Shown here: one piece after another, positions 29,645 to 39,555 of the stretch
Position numbering within the stretch: position 1 is the stretch's first letter
Layout: every line of letters starts with the position of its first letter
DNA from: an uncultured Mucispirillum sp.
GTDB lineage: Bacteria; Chrysiogenota; Deferribacteres; Deferribacterales; Mucispirillaceae
Assembly: GCA_944324465.1 (NCBI GenBank)
Contig: CALUWI010000001.1
Location: 33,023 to 97,022 of the forward strand
Direction: 5' to 3'
DNA: 64,000 bases
Translations under genes and position numbers: made by a program
The notes under the pieces: model-generated
Seen by the model: only the letters and a program-made list of their open reading frames with translations
What the model was told of the DNA's origin: nothing
The model's database searches: none

Positions 29645-31732
29645 ATGAAAAAGTTATATTTAAGTTTATTATGGCATCAGCACCAGCCTTATTATAAAAA
29701 TGACAGTGACGGCAGATTTTATATGCCATGGGTATATCTGCATGCCTTAAAAGACTATTATGAAATGGCTGCCCATGTTGAAAAATCTGGTGTTAAGGCT
29801 GTATTTAACTATGTGCCTTCCCTGCTTATTCAGTTGAAAGAATATACTGATTTTAATGCAGCAGATAATTTCCTTATACTTATGCGTAAACAAGTTGCAT
29901 CACTTACTCAGGAAGAACGCCAGCTTGTTTTAAACCAGTGCTGTATGGCAAATCTTCATACAATGATTAAACCTATTAAAAGGTTTTATGAACTGCATCA
30001 AAAAGTTGTTGCATCAAACGGCAATGCTGCAGATTTTTCAGATGCTGAAATATTAGATTTAGAAGTAGTATATATTCTTTCCTGGTGCGGCGAATATTTA
30101 AGACAGCAGGACGGTCATATACAATACCTTTTAAGCAAAGGCTCATCTTTTACAGAAGAAGATAAAATTGAGCTTTTAAAACATGCTGCAGACTGGGTAT
30201 CAAAAATAGTTGAAATACATAAAAGATTACAGGCAAATAATCAGGCAGAAATATCATGCACTCCTTTTTACCACCCTATTCTGCCTTTACTTATAGATAT
30301 TAATTCTGCAAAAGAAGTATGTCCAGATATGAATATGCCGGTATTTGAAGGCAATTTAGAAGATGATGCTGCATGGCATGTTAGAGAAGGACTTAATGAA
30401 TTTGAACGCCACTTTGGTTTCAGACCAAAAGGAATGTGGCCTGCAGAAGGCAGTGTAAGCCAGAAAGCTGCAGAAATGTTTGCAGGAAACGGCATCAGCT
30501 GGATAGCTACAGATGAAGAAGTTTTAGGCAACAGCCTGCAGATAAATATGAAAGACGGTGCAAACAGATACAGACTGTATCAAAAACATTTTCAAATACA
30601 TAACGGTCAGAAAATAAATATATTTTTTAGAGATAAAATGCTTTCTGACTTAATTGGCTTTACTTATTCATCATGGAATGAAGATGATGCTGTTAATGAT
30701 TTTATGCATCATTTAAGAAACATATATGATTCTGTTGATTTTTCTCCACATGTATCTGTTATATTAGACGGCGAAAATGCATGGGAATATTATAACCAGA
30801 ATGCTTATAACTTTTTTACAAAACTTTATGACAGGCTCACTCACACAGACTGGCTGCAGACTCAGACATTTTCAGAAGTAATAAATAATTATGATGTGCC
30901 AGAAGAAACACTCCATAATATTAAAGCAGGTTCATGGATTATGGGTAACTTTCGTATTTGGATTGGTCATCCTGAAAAAAATAAAGCATGGGAGCTTTTA
31001 AGCAAAACGAAACGCTCTATTGAAAAACATATATCAAATGCAGACGAAGCAGCTGCTGTACAGATTTATAAAGAATACCATGCGGCAGAAGGCAGCGACT
31101 GGTTCTGGTGGTATGGAGATGACCATTTCTCTATACAGGCAGATGTATTTGACAAGCTATTTAGAACTCATCTTGTTAATATATACAGGCTTTTAAAATT
31201 AAATGTGCCGTCAGAGCTTTTTACACCTATAAAAGCTACAAAAAATTCTGGAGTGATAACAAAACCTTCATCTTATGTATGCCCTAAAATAGAAGGTAAA
31301 ATCAGTAACTTTTTTGAATGGCTTGGAGCTGGCGAATTTGACTTAAAATCTGATGCAGGTTCAATGCATGCAGGTGGCGATACTCTGCAGCATATGCTTT
31401 ACGGTTTTGATGATAAAAACCTTTACTTCGCTTTAAAAAGTGATTTTTCATCACTGGAAGATACTGTATGCCAGATAGATGTATCTTTTGATGATAACAA
31501 GAAAACTTTTGAAATAGATTTAGAATGCAAAAAAAGTACATCAGGCGATGTAACTTATGCAATAGACCATATATTAGAAGCATCTATTCCTTTAAAATTA
31601 TTTAAGGGAGCTGAAAAAATATTTTTAGAATTTAAACTGGTAAAAAACGGTCTTGTTATTGAAAAAGCACCTCTTTATAACGCTGTAGAAATAAATATTG
31701 CAGATGATTTTAAAGAGGAATGGATAGTATAA
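29645..31732 (+). CDS. GH57 alpha-amylase/amylopullulanase-like
   Basis: WHQHQPYY, GMWPAEGSV nucleophile, ILDGENAWEYY acid/base, AEGSDWFWW. Confidence 0.92.
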   Translation: MKKLYLSLLWHQHQPYYKNDSDGRFYMPWVYLHALKDYYEMAAHVEKSGVKAVFNYVPSLLIQLKEYTDFNAADNFLILMRKQVASLTQEERQLVLNQCCMANLHTMIKPIKRFYELHQKVVASNGNAADFSDAEILDLEVVYILSWCGEYLRQQDGHIQYLLSKGSSFTEEDKIELLKHAADWVSKIVEIHKRLQANNQAEISCTPFYHPILPLLIDINSAKEVCPDMNMPVFEGNLEDDAAWHVREGLNEFERHFGFRPKGMWPAEGSVSQKAAEMFAGNGISWIATDEEVLGNSLQINMKDGANRYRLYQKHFQIHNGQKINIFFRDKMLSDLIGFTYSSWNEDDAVNDFMHHLRNIYDSVDFSPHVSVILDGENAWEYYNQNAYNFFTKLYDRLTHTDWLQTQTFSEVINNYDVPEETLHNIKAGSWIMGNFRIWIGHPEKNKAWELLSKTKRSIEKHISNADEAAAVQIYKEYHAAEGSDWFWWYGDDHFSIQADVFDKLFRTHLVNIYRLLKLNVPSELFTPIKATKNSGVITKPSSYVCPKIEGKISNFFEWLGAGEFDLKSDAGSMHAGGDTLQHMLYGFDDKNLYFALKSDFSSLEDTVCQIDVSFDDNKKTFEIDLECKKSTSGDVTYAIDHILEASIPLKLFKGAEKIFLEFKLVKNGLVIEKAPLYNAVEINIADDFKEEWIV

Positions 31733-31772
31733 AATAAAAAATTAAATAATACATAATATTATAGAGGTTAAT

Positions 31773-33818
31773 ATGAAAATACCATTTTTATTTGGAATTC
31801 ACTGCCACCAGCCTGCAGAAAATTTTTACAATGTAGTAGACTGGGCAATAAATGAAAGCTATGCACCATTTATTGAAGTGGCTTTAAAAAACAAAAAATT
31901 TAAATTCTCAGCCCATTACAGCGGCTGGCTTTTAGAATATATAAGAACACACAGGGAAGATGTTTTTAACAACCTTAAAAAAATCAACGATGAAGGCAGA
32001 GTTGAATTTTTTGCAGGCGGTTTTTATGAGCCTATCCTTTCTGCAATCCCAAGTGATGATAGAAAAGGTCAGGTGAAAATGCTTATAGATTATATTGATA
32101 ATTATTTTGGTCAAAAACCTGTAGGCTTATGGCTGACAGAAAGAGTGTGGGACCCTGCCGTTATTCCAGATATGGCAGAAATCGGCATAAAAAATATAAT
32201 AGTTGATGACTACCACTTAATAGCTGCAGGCTTTCCAAAAGAATCCTTAACAGGCTATTTTACTACTGAACAGGACGGATGCCTTGTAAATATTTTCCCT
32301 ATTGATATGGGGCTTAGATATTTAACACCATTTAAACCCCAGGAAGAAGTTATTAAGCATATATTAGATGCTAAAAACAGAAATGTAAAACTTATTTCAT
32401 GCTTTGATGATGGAGAAAAATTTGGTGTATGGCCAAATACTTATGACTGGGTATATACAAAAGGCTGGCTGAAAAACTTTATTAAGGCAATATCTTCTGA
32501 AAAAGAAATAGAATTTATGCATTATGAAGAAGCTGTGCAGAAAGTTAAGCCGTCAGGTCATGTATATCTTCCTATTACAAGCTATGAAGAAATGGGAGAA
32601 TGGTCACTTTTTGCTGATATTGCAGAAAAATTTGGCGAAATAAAAGAATATTTAAAATCATCACCTTTTAATCAGGATATTGAGCAGTTTTTAAAAGGAA
32701 GCGTTTGGAAAAACTTCCTTGTAAAATATCCAGAAAGTAACAGACTCCATAAAAGAACTGTTGATTTATCTGTAAGAGGCAGAAAATATAAAAATAATCC
32801 AGAGTTTAAAGATTTACTTTACAGAAGCCAGTGCAACGACTCTTTATGGCATGGTGTATTTGGCGGTCTTTATCTGCCTAATTTAAGGAATAATGCATGG
32901 GCTCCCCTTATTCAGGCTGAAGCAATGTATGAAAAACTTGAAAATATGAAACTGCCGTTAGTAGAACAGCCAGCAGATATTGACAGGAATGGATATGAAG
33001 AAGTTTATACAAGAGGCAAAGAGTTTAACTGCCTTTTTGAAACAAGGGACTTTGGTCAGCTTACAGCAGTGGAATTAAAAGATAAAAACTTTAACCTGCT
33101 TAATGTAATATCAAGAAAAAAAGAAGCATATCATGCTAAACTTTTAAAAAATATAAAACCAAGACAGGAAAATAAACAGGAAGGAACTGCATCTATTCAT
33201 GATATGGAATACTCTATTACTCCAGAAGAAGCAGATAGAATTATTTACGACTGGTATAATAAAAACTGCTTTGTAGACCATTTTATGGATAAATTCCAGC
33301 TTGAAACTTTTGAAAAATGCTCTTTTAGAGAATTCAGCGACTTTACAAACCAGCCTGCTGACAGTGTGGAAGTAAAAGATAATAATATACTCTTTAAAAG
33401 AAGCGGCGGTATTTACATTAATAATGAAAAAATAAATACCCAGATGGAAAAATCATATACTTTAAATAATAATGCAGTAGACTTTAATATTAAAGCTAAA
33501 GCATCTAAAAAAGTAGAATGTGATTACAGCTGTGAATTTAATTTTCATTTTGCTGATGTTTCACAAATTACTATTAATAATAAAGAATTTACAGAACACG
33601 GCACTATAAAAGCTAAAAAATTTGAAATTTATGACAAATATCTTAATAAAAAGATTGCAATTGAAGTAGAAAAAGAGATAGAATTTATCTACTTTACATT
33701 ATATACTGTTTCTCAGTCTGAAATGGGTATAGATTTAACAGTTCAAGGTATTACAGTTGCGTTTGGTATGCCATTTGGCAAAGAAGTAAATATAAAAGGT
33801 ACACTTAGTATAGGGTAA
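31773..33818 (+). CDS. GH57 4-alpha-glucanotransferase-like with C-terminal beta domain
   Basis: HCHQP, GLWLTERVW, FDDGEKFGVWP, QCNDSLWHGVFGGLYLPNLR. Confidence 0.92.
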   Translation: MKIPFLFGIHCHQPAENFYNVVDWAINESYAPFIEVALKNKKFKFSAHYSGWLLEYIRTHREDVFNNLKKINDEGRVEFFAGGFYEPILSAIPSDDRKGQVKMLIDYIDNYFGQKPVGLWLTERVWDPAVIPDMAEIGIKNIIVDDYHLIAAGFPKESLTGYFTTEQDGCLVNIFPIDMGLRYLTPFKPQEEVIKHILDAKNRNVKLISCFDDGEKFGVWPNTYDWVYTKGWLKNFIKAISSEKEIEFMHYEEAVQKVKPSGHVYLPITSYEEMGEWSLFADIAEKFGEIKEYLKSSPFNQDIEQFLKGSVWKNFLVKYPESNRLHKRTVDLSVRGRKYKNNPEFKDLLYRSQCNDSLWHGVFGGLYLPNLRNNAWAPLIQAEAMYEKLENMKLPLVEQPADIDRNGYEEVYTRGKEFNCLFETRDFGQLTAVELKDKNFNLLNVISRKKEAYHAKLLKNIKPRQENKQEGTASIHDMEYSITPEEADRIIYDWYNKNCFVDHFMDKFQLETFEKCSFREFSDFTNQPADSVEVKDNNILFKRSGGIYINNEKINTQMEKSYTLNNNAVDFNIKAKASKKVECDYSCEFNFHFADVSQITINNKEFTEHGTIKAKKFEIYDKYLNKKIAIEVEKEIEFIYFTLYTVSQSEMGIDLTVQGITVAFGMPFGKEVNIKGTLSIG

Positions 33819-33823
33819 GTATA

Positions 33824-34846
33824 ATGGGAGAATTAAGATATAATCCAGTGACAAAAAAATGGGCTCTTATTTCACCAGAAAGAGGAACTCATAGAAATTC
33901 TTATGTTACAAAAGATGCCATTACATCTATGCCCTGCCCTTTCTGTGATAAAGACGGCGGTATAAATAAAAAATTACGCAGTATTTTTACAATAAATCTG
34001 CCAGAAAGTTCTGCCCCTGCTTTAATAGTTACCCCTAATAAATACCCAGCTATGGGTATAGAAGGCTCGCTCAACAGGCAGGCTTATGGTATATACGATA
34101 AAACAGCTTCTATTGGAGCTCACGAAGTAATTATTGATTCTTTTAGACATGGTATTGATATATCAGGCTATACAGAAGATGAACTTAATAACTTATATAC
34201 TGCATTTAAATGCAGAATTGCTGATTTAGAAAAAGATATAAGGTTCAGATATACTGCAGCTTTTAAAAACATAGGTGCAGAAGCTGGAGAAAATATACAC
34301 CATCCCCATGCACAAATTCTTGCAATGCCTGTTGTTCCAAGTATTGTGGAAGAATATATGATTAAAGCAGCAGACTACTATAAAGAAAAAGAACGCTGTA
34401 TATACTGTGATATAATAAATCAGGAAAAACAGTATAAAGAAAGAATTATATTTGAAAACTATGAATTTATTGCATTTGCTCCTTATGCATCTGAGCACCC
34501 TTTTGAAATCTCTATATATCCAAAGCAGCATGAACACTGCTTTACAAATATTTCAGAAGGCTCAATAAGGCAGCTTGCAGATATTACACATGAAATATTT
34601 AGAAGACTTTCGCAGGTTTTAGGCAGCCCTGCTTTAACTCTTGCCTTAAGACTTGCACCATATAAAAATAACAGACCGGATTACCATGGATATATGCAGT
34701 ATTTAAAAGATGCTTTCCACTGGCATATAGATATTCGCCCAGTAGTTGCAAAATTAACCACAAGCAGCTGGGCAGCAAATATATGTATTAATCCTGTAAG
34801 CCCAGAAGATGCTGCTAAACATTTAAGAGAGGTTAATCAGTTATGA
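33824..34846 (+). CDS. GalT-like hexose-1-phosphate nucleotidyltransferase
   Basis: ELRYNP, CPFC, NKYPA, HEVII, HPHAQI nucleophile motif, CIYCDII. Confidence 0.85.
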   Translation: MGELRYNPVTKKWALISPERGTHRNSYVTKDAITSMPCPFCDKDGGINKKLRSIFTINLPESSAPALIVTPNKYPAMGIEGSLNRQAYGIYDKTASIGAHEVIIDSFRHGIDISGYTEDELNNLYTAFKCRIADLEKDIRFRYTAAFKNIGAEAGENIHHPHAQILAMPVVPSIVEEYMIKAADYYKEKERCIYCDIINQEKQYKERIIFENYEFIAFAPYASEHPFEISIYPKQHEHCFTNISEGSIRQLADITHEIFRRLSQVLGSPALTLALRLAPYKNNRPDYHGYMQYLKDAFHWHIDIRPVVAKLTTSSWAANICINPVSPEDAAKHLREVNQL

Positions 34847-36261
34847 ATATTATTCACATAACATCAGAGGTATTACCCTTTTCCTATGCAGGAAGTATGG
34901 CTGAAACACTATTTTGCCTGCCTTACTCAGAAAAAAGAGCAGGTCATCAGGTAACAGTATTATCGCCCCTTTATGCTTCAGTTGATACTCTTAAGCATAA
35001 TATAAAATCACTGCAGCTTAAAACATGGGTAAATGCAGGGTTTGCTGTATATGAGTTTGAACTTTTTGAAACTTATTTAAATGATGTTAGATATGTATTC
35101 TTTAAAAATGATGAACTTTTTAACCGTGCTGGTCTTTATGGTATGGTTAAGTTTGATTATGCTGATAATGATATAAGGTTTGGAACATTTTGTCAGGCAG
35201 CTTTAAACTTTATTAAATACCACAATATAGAAGCTGATATTCTGCACTGTCATAACTGGCAGACTGCATTAATACCAGTTTATAAAAAACTTCATTTTTC
35301 TGATTTAGAGTGTAAAGTTGTATTAACTATACATTCAGTGGATAATCTGGGTGTATTTAATAAATTTACATTAGAAGCACTTAATCTGCCATGGGATATA
35401 TATAACATTGATGCAATAGAATATTACGATAATATCAGCTTTTTAAAAGGCGGTATAGTATATTCTGATGCTATAACAACCTTAAGCCCAACCTTTGCCA
35501 GTGAACTGATAAAAGACGGCGGTGGCATTGGAGTAGAAGAAATTTTTCATAACCATGCTCATAAACTTACAGGTATATTAAACGGTATCTGTTCTATGAT
35601 ATGGAATCCTGAAAATGATACAAATATTGAAAAAAACTATTCAAGTAAAGATATAAGTGGCAAAAAAGTGTGTAAAAATGCACTATGCAGTGAACTTGGA
35701 CTTGACCAAAACCTGCCTTTAGTGGTATTTATACAAAAAATGCTGCCAGAAAGAGGGCTTGATTTAGTCCTGAATGCAGCAGAAGAATTTGAAAAAAACA
35801 ACATTAACTTAATTATCTTTGGACCAAACAGCAGTGATTACAGCAATAAAATCCAAGAAATAAAGGAAAAATATAATAAAAACATACGCATAATTGTTAA
35901 TGACCATGCCAATAAAAGCCAAAAAGAATATGCAGCAGCAGATATTGTGCTTATGCCATCAATGTATGAGCCATGCGGCTCCAGCCAGATGATTGGTATG
36001 CGGTACGGTGCAGTGCCTGTATCAAGAAATACAGGCGGACTTGTAGATGGTGCTCATGCTGCTGTTGAAAAAGGCGTTGGCATCATATTTGACGAATTTA
36101 GCGTAGAAGCCATGATGAAAGCTGTAATGAAAGCCGTATCCCTTATTACATCTGAAAAACATGATGAAGTTGTAAAAACTTTACTTCAAATTGATAATTC
36201 ATGGCAAAAAGCATCAGAAAAATATATCGAGCTATATAAACGATTACTGGAGGGTAAATAG
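34843..36261 (+). CDS. glgA: Glycogen synthase-like GT5 protein with atypical motifs
   Basis: HCHNWQT, LKGGIVYSD, GILNGI, PSMYEPCG, GAVPVSRNTGGLVD; the KTGGL motif is replaced by YAGSM. Confidence 0.8.
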   Translation: MNIIHITSEVLPFSYAGSMAETLFCLPYSEKRAGHQVTVLSPLYASVDTLKHNIKSLQLKTWVNAGFAVYEFELFETYLNDVRYVFFKNDELFNRAGLYGMVKFDYADNDIRFGTFCQAALNFIKYHNIEADILHCHNWQTALIPVYKKLHFSDLECKVVLTIHSVDNLGVFNKFTLEALNLPWDIYNIDAIEYYDNISFLKGGIVYSDAITTLSPTFASELIKDGGGIGVEEIFHNHAHKLTGILNGICSMIWNPENDTNIEKNYSSKDISGKKVCKNALCSELGLDQNLPLVVFIQKMLPERGLDLVLNAAEEFEKNNINLIIFGPNSSDYSNKIQEIKEKYNKNIRIIVNDHANKSQKEYAAADIVLMPSMYEPCGSSQMIGMRYGAVPVSRNTGGLVDGAHAAVEKGVGIIFDEFSVEAMMKAVMKAVSLITSEKHDEVVKTLLQIDNSWQKASEKYIELYKRLLEGK

Positions 36262-36264
36262 AAG

Positions 36265-37011
36265 ATGAAGCTGGATAAACTTACAAAAAAGGAATTGCTT
36301 GATTTGGCTGCAGCAAAAAAAGTTGCAGGTAGAAGCAAGATGAGTAAAGATGAGCTTATTAAAGCATTAGAGCCATTCTTTGCAGAACCTGCCCCTGCTA
36401 AAGATGCAGAAGAACTGCAGACTAAAAAAGCAGAGCAAAATGTAGGCTATACATATCAGGAATCAACAGGACAGCCTGCGAAAGTAAAGCGTGATGAGTA
36501 TCCTATCCCGCCATATTATGATAAAGATACTATTGCTTTTATGCCTGTTGACCCTTCAAAAGAATATGTATACTGGGAAATAAGTGACTATACACTTAAC
36601 CGCTTTAAAAGTGAATTAAAACTGTCTGAATCAAGGATTGTTTTAAAAATCTTTTCAAGCATAGATAACTATACAACAGAGGCAGCTTCTGTTTCTGTTG
36701 AAAAAATAGGAAACTGGTATTTTAATATCTATGCTCCTGATACTCTTTTATGGTCTGAAATAGGGTTAATTGACTCTAATGGTGCATTCCACCCTATTTT
36801 AAAATCAAACAAAGTGCGTATGCCATCTGATAAAGTTTCTGATATTGTAGACCAGGAAACTTGGATGACAATAGGCGGCAATATAGACAAACTCTATGAA
36901 CTTTCTGGAGTTGGTTTAAAAGATTTAAACAGCAGTGTTACTATTAATACAGAAATAGCAAAACACATATCACAACACATGGGCTCATCTGGTGTGTTGA
37001 AGGATAAATAA
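36265..37011 (+). CDS. DUF4912 family protein with Rho-N-like N-terminal helix
   Basis: LTKKELLDLAAAKKVAGRSKMSKDELI, MPVDPSKEYVYWEI, GNWYF; typical position before a GH57 branching enzyme. Confidence 0.8.
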   Translation: MKLDKLTKKELLDLAAAKKVAGRSKMSKDELIKALEPFFAEPAPAKDAEELQTKKAEQNVGYTYQESTGQPAKVKRDEYPIPPYYDKDTIAFMPVDPSKEYVYWEISDYTLNRFKSELKLSESRIVLKIFSSIDNYTTEAASVSVEKIGNWYFNIYAPDTLLWSEIGLIDSNGAFHPILKSNKVRMPSDKVSDIVDQETWMTIGGNIDKLYELSGVGLKDLNSSVTINTEIAKHISQHMGSSGVLKDK

Positions 37012-37013
37012 CT

Positions 37014-38591
37014 ATGAAACAAGGATATTGGATGCTGGTGCTGCATGCTCATCTTCCTTTTGTAAAGCACCCTGATTATGATTATTTTTTAGAAGAAAAC
37101 TGGCTTTTTGAAGCAATCACAGAAACATATCTGCCAATCCTTTTAAACTTAAAAAAACTGGAAGCAGAAAATGTGCATTTTAGATTGACTTCTTCTGTTA
37201 CCCCGCCTCTTGCAGAAATGCTTGCAGACCATAATCTGCGTGATAAATACATTAAGTATTTAGACAGAAGCATTGAGCTTGTGGGCAAAGAATTGTGGAG
37301 AACAAAAGATGACCCTCATTTCAAGCCGGTTGTGGAAATGTACCGTGACAGGCTTAATACATTAAAAGGCTTTTTAATTAATGATTTAGACGGCTGTGTT
37401 TTAAATGGATACAAATATTTTCAAGATAAAGGCTATCTTGAAATTATTACATGTGGAGCAACCCATGGATATCTGCCATTTATGACAAATGAAAAAGCCG
37501 TAAGAGCACAGCTTGAAGTAGCTGCCCAAACTCATGAAAAGCATTTTGGCAGACGCCCATTAGGTATATGGCTGCCAGAGTGTGCATATTATTCTGGGCT
37601 TGAATATAAACTGGAAGAAGCTGGTATTAAATATTTCTTTGTAGATACTCATGGTATTTTATACTCTAAACCAAGACCACGATATGGCACTTATGCTCCA
37701 GTTTATGCAAAAAATGGTGTTGCAGCATTTGGCAGAGATTATTTTTCATCAAAACAAGTGTGGAGCTCTAAAGAAGGTTATCCTGGTGATTTATATTACA
37801 GAGATTTCTACCGTGATATTGGCTATGATTTAGACTTTGAATATATTAAACCATATATATGCCCAGACGGCACAAGAGTATTTACAGGTCTTAAATATCA
37901 CAGAATAACAGGCGATTCTGAATATAAAGAAGTATATCAGCCAGATATTGCTTACAGCAAAACAATAGACCATGCAAAACACTTTGTGCAGGGCAGAGAA
38001 GCTCAGATTAATGAAGTTGGCGATATAATAGACAGAAAACCACTTATTATATCACCTTATGATTCAGAGCTTTATGGCCACTGGTGGTTTGAAGGACCTG
38101 ATTTCTTAATGAATGTATTTAGAGAAATGGATAAATCAAACACAGTAAAAGCTGTAACTGCTCTTGAATATCTTGGTGAGTTCCCTACTAACCAGGTAGT
38201 AGATGTAAACCCATCATCATGGGGCGATGAAGGCTACTATAAAGTATGGCTTAATGCTGGCAACGACTGGATATACCGCCACCTGCACTTTATGGCAGAT
38301 AATATGACTATACTTGCTAATAAATATAAAGACGGCACAGACACTCTTAAAACTCGCTGCCTTAACCAGCTTGCAAGAGAGCTGCTGCTTTGTCAGGCAA
38401 GTGACTGGGCATTCCTTATTACAACAGGAACAGCAACAGAATATTCTACTGAAAGAACAAGAGAGCATATATATAACTTTATGAAGCTTTATGGTATGCT
38501 TGAAGACAGTAGAATAGATATAGGATACCTTGAATGGCTTGAAAGTAAAAACTCAATCTTTCAAGGAATTGATTACAGAATATACGCTTAA
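37014..38591 (+). CDS. GH57 1,4-alpha-glucan branching enzyme (DUF1957)
   Basis: LHAHLPFV, GIWLPECAY, PYDSELYGHWWFEGP, LCQASDWAF. Confidence 0.93.
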   Translation: MKQGYWMLVLHAHLPFVKHPDYDYFLEENWLFEAITETYLPILLNLKKLEAENVHFRLTSSVTPPLAEMLADHNLRDKYIKYLDRSIELVGKELWRTKDDPHFKPVVEMYRDRLNTLKGFLINDLDGCVLNGYKYFQDKGYLEIITCGATHGYLPFMTNEKAVRAQLEVAAQTHEKHFGRRPLGIWLPECAYYSGLEYKLEEAGIKYFFVDTHGILYSKPRPRYGTYAPVYAKNGVAAFGRDYFSSKQVWSSKEGYPGDLYYRDFYRDIGYDLDFEYIKPYICPDGTRVFTGLKYHRITGDSEYKEVYQPDIAYSKTIDHAKHFVQGREAQINEVGDIIDRKPLIISPYDSELYGHWWFEGPDFLMNVFREMDKSNTVKAVTALEYLGEFPTNQVVDVNPSSWGDEGYYKVWLNAGNDWIYRHLHFMADNMTILANKYKDGTDTLKTRCLNQLARELLLCQASDWAFLITTGTATEYSTERTREHIYNFMKLYGMLEDSRIDIGYLEWLESKNSIFQGIDYRIYA

Positions 38592-38609
38592 TTTAATAAT
38601 GGGAGGCCT

Positions 38610-39248
38610 ATGCCTCCCAAAAATTTTTATAAAAGGCAGCCTATGAAATTTACACTTAATAATAAAGATAATTTTTTTAAAGATTTTGATAAAGCATATA
38701 TTGAACCGCCAAAAAAACTGCCATTATTTATAAGATTTGGCGGATGGATTTCAAAAAAAATAATAAAAAAAGATGTAATGATACCAAAACTTTTAGCATG
38801 GTATCCAAAAACTGCCATAAGCTCTGGCATTATGGAAAGCCTTGTAGCTCATGATGATAAAGAAATAAACAAAAGAATTTTAAAAATAATAAGAGTTCAG
38901 GTATCAGTTATGATTGCCTGCCCTTTCTGCATAGATATGAATGCTTTTGAGTTTGATAAAGCAGGTCTTACTATTGATGAAGTTAATGCAATAAGAAACG
39001 GCGACTATAAATTTCACTCTTTTTCAGAAAAAGAACAGCTTGTTATGGAATATGTTAACATTGTTACTAAAACACCTGTTATAATTCCAGAAGAAACAGT
39101 TGCAAATCTGCATAAACAATTTTCAGAAAGAGGTATTGTGATAATTGCTTCTACCATTGCTCAAGTAAACTACTGGGCAAGGCTTATACGCAGTCTTGGT
39201 ATTCCTGTTGCAGGATTTGGAGATATATGCAGAATAGAAAAGGCATAA
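38610..39248 (+). CDS. Carboxymuconolactone decarboxylase/AhpD-like protein
   Basis: VSVMIACPFCIDMN, FSEKEQLVMEYV, QVNYWARL; alternative start at 38643. Confidence 0.8.
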   Translation: MPPKNFYKRQPMKFTLNNKDNFFKDFDKAYIEPPKKLPLFIRFGGWISKKIIKKDVMIPKLLAWYPKTAISSGIMESLVAHDDKEINKRILKIIRVQVSVMIACPFCIDMNAFEFDKAGLTIDEVNAIRNGDYKFHSFSEKEQLVMEYVNIVTKTPVIIPEETVANLHKQFSERGIVIIASTIAQVNYWARLIRSLGIPVAGFGDICRIEKA

Positions 39249-39555
39249 TCTATTTAAAATGACTTATTCAACATTCCTTGACATTTTTCTTTAAAGTGTT
39301 AAACCTAACCGCTGATTTATGCTGAAAAATAGAGCATACTAAAACATAAATCAGCTTTTGTTTTATAATAATATATATATTTTCTTGATTTTCAGCTTTT
39401 TCTTTACGAGTGTAATATATTAGTATATGCAGTGTCAGCGAAAAAGTAAATTACCTATTGACACTACAATATATTTTTGGTTAATTAAATAGATATAATA
39501 GTTAATAAGTATGACATTTTAATTGTTTTTACTAATAAGAAGTACGGGGGCAAGT

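Noticed and set aside
29409-29729. 106-aa minus-strand ORF overlapping MITE copy 2
   Set aside because: Spans the non-coding element and the antisense of the GH57 start; no transposase similarity.
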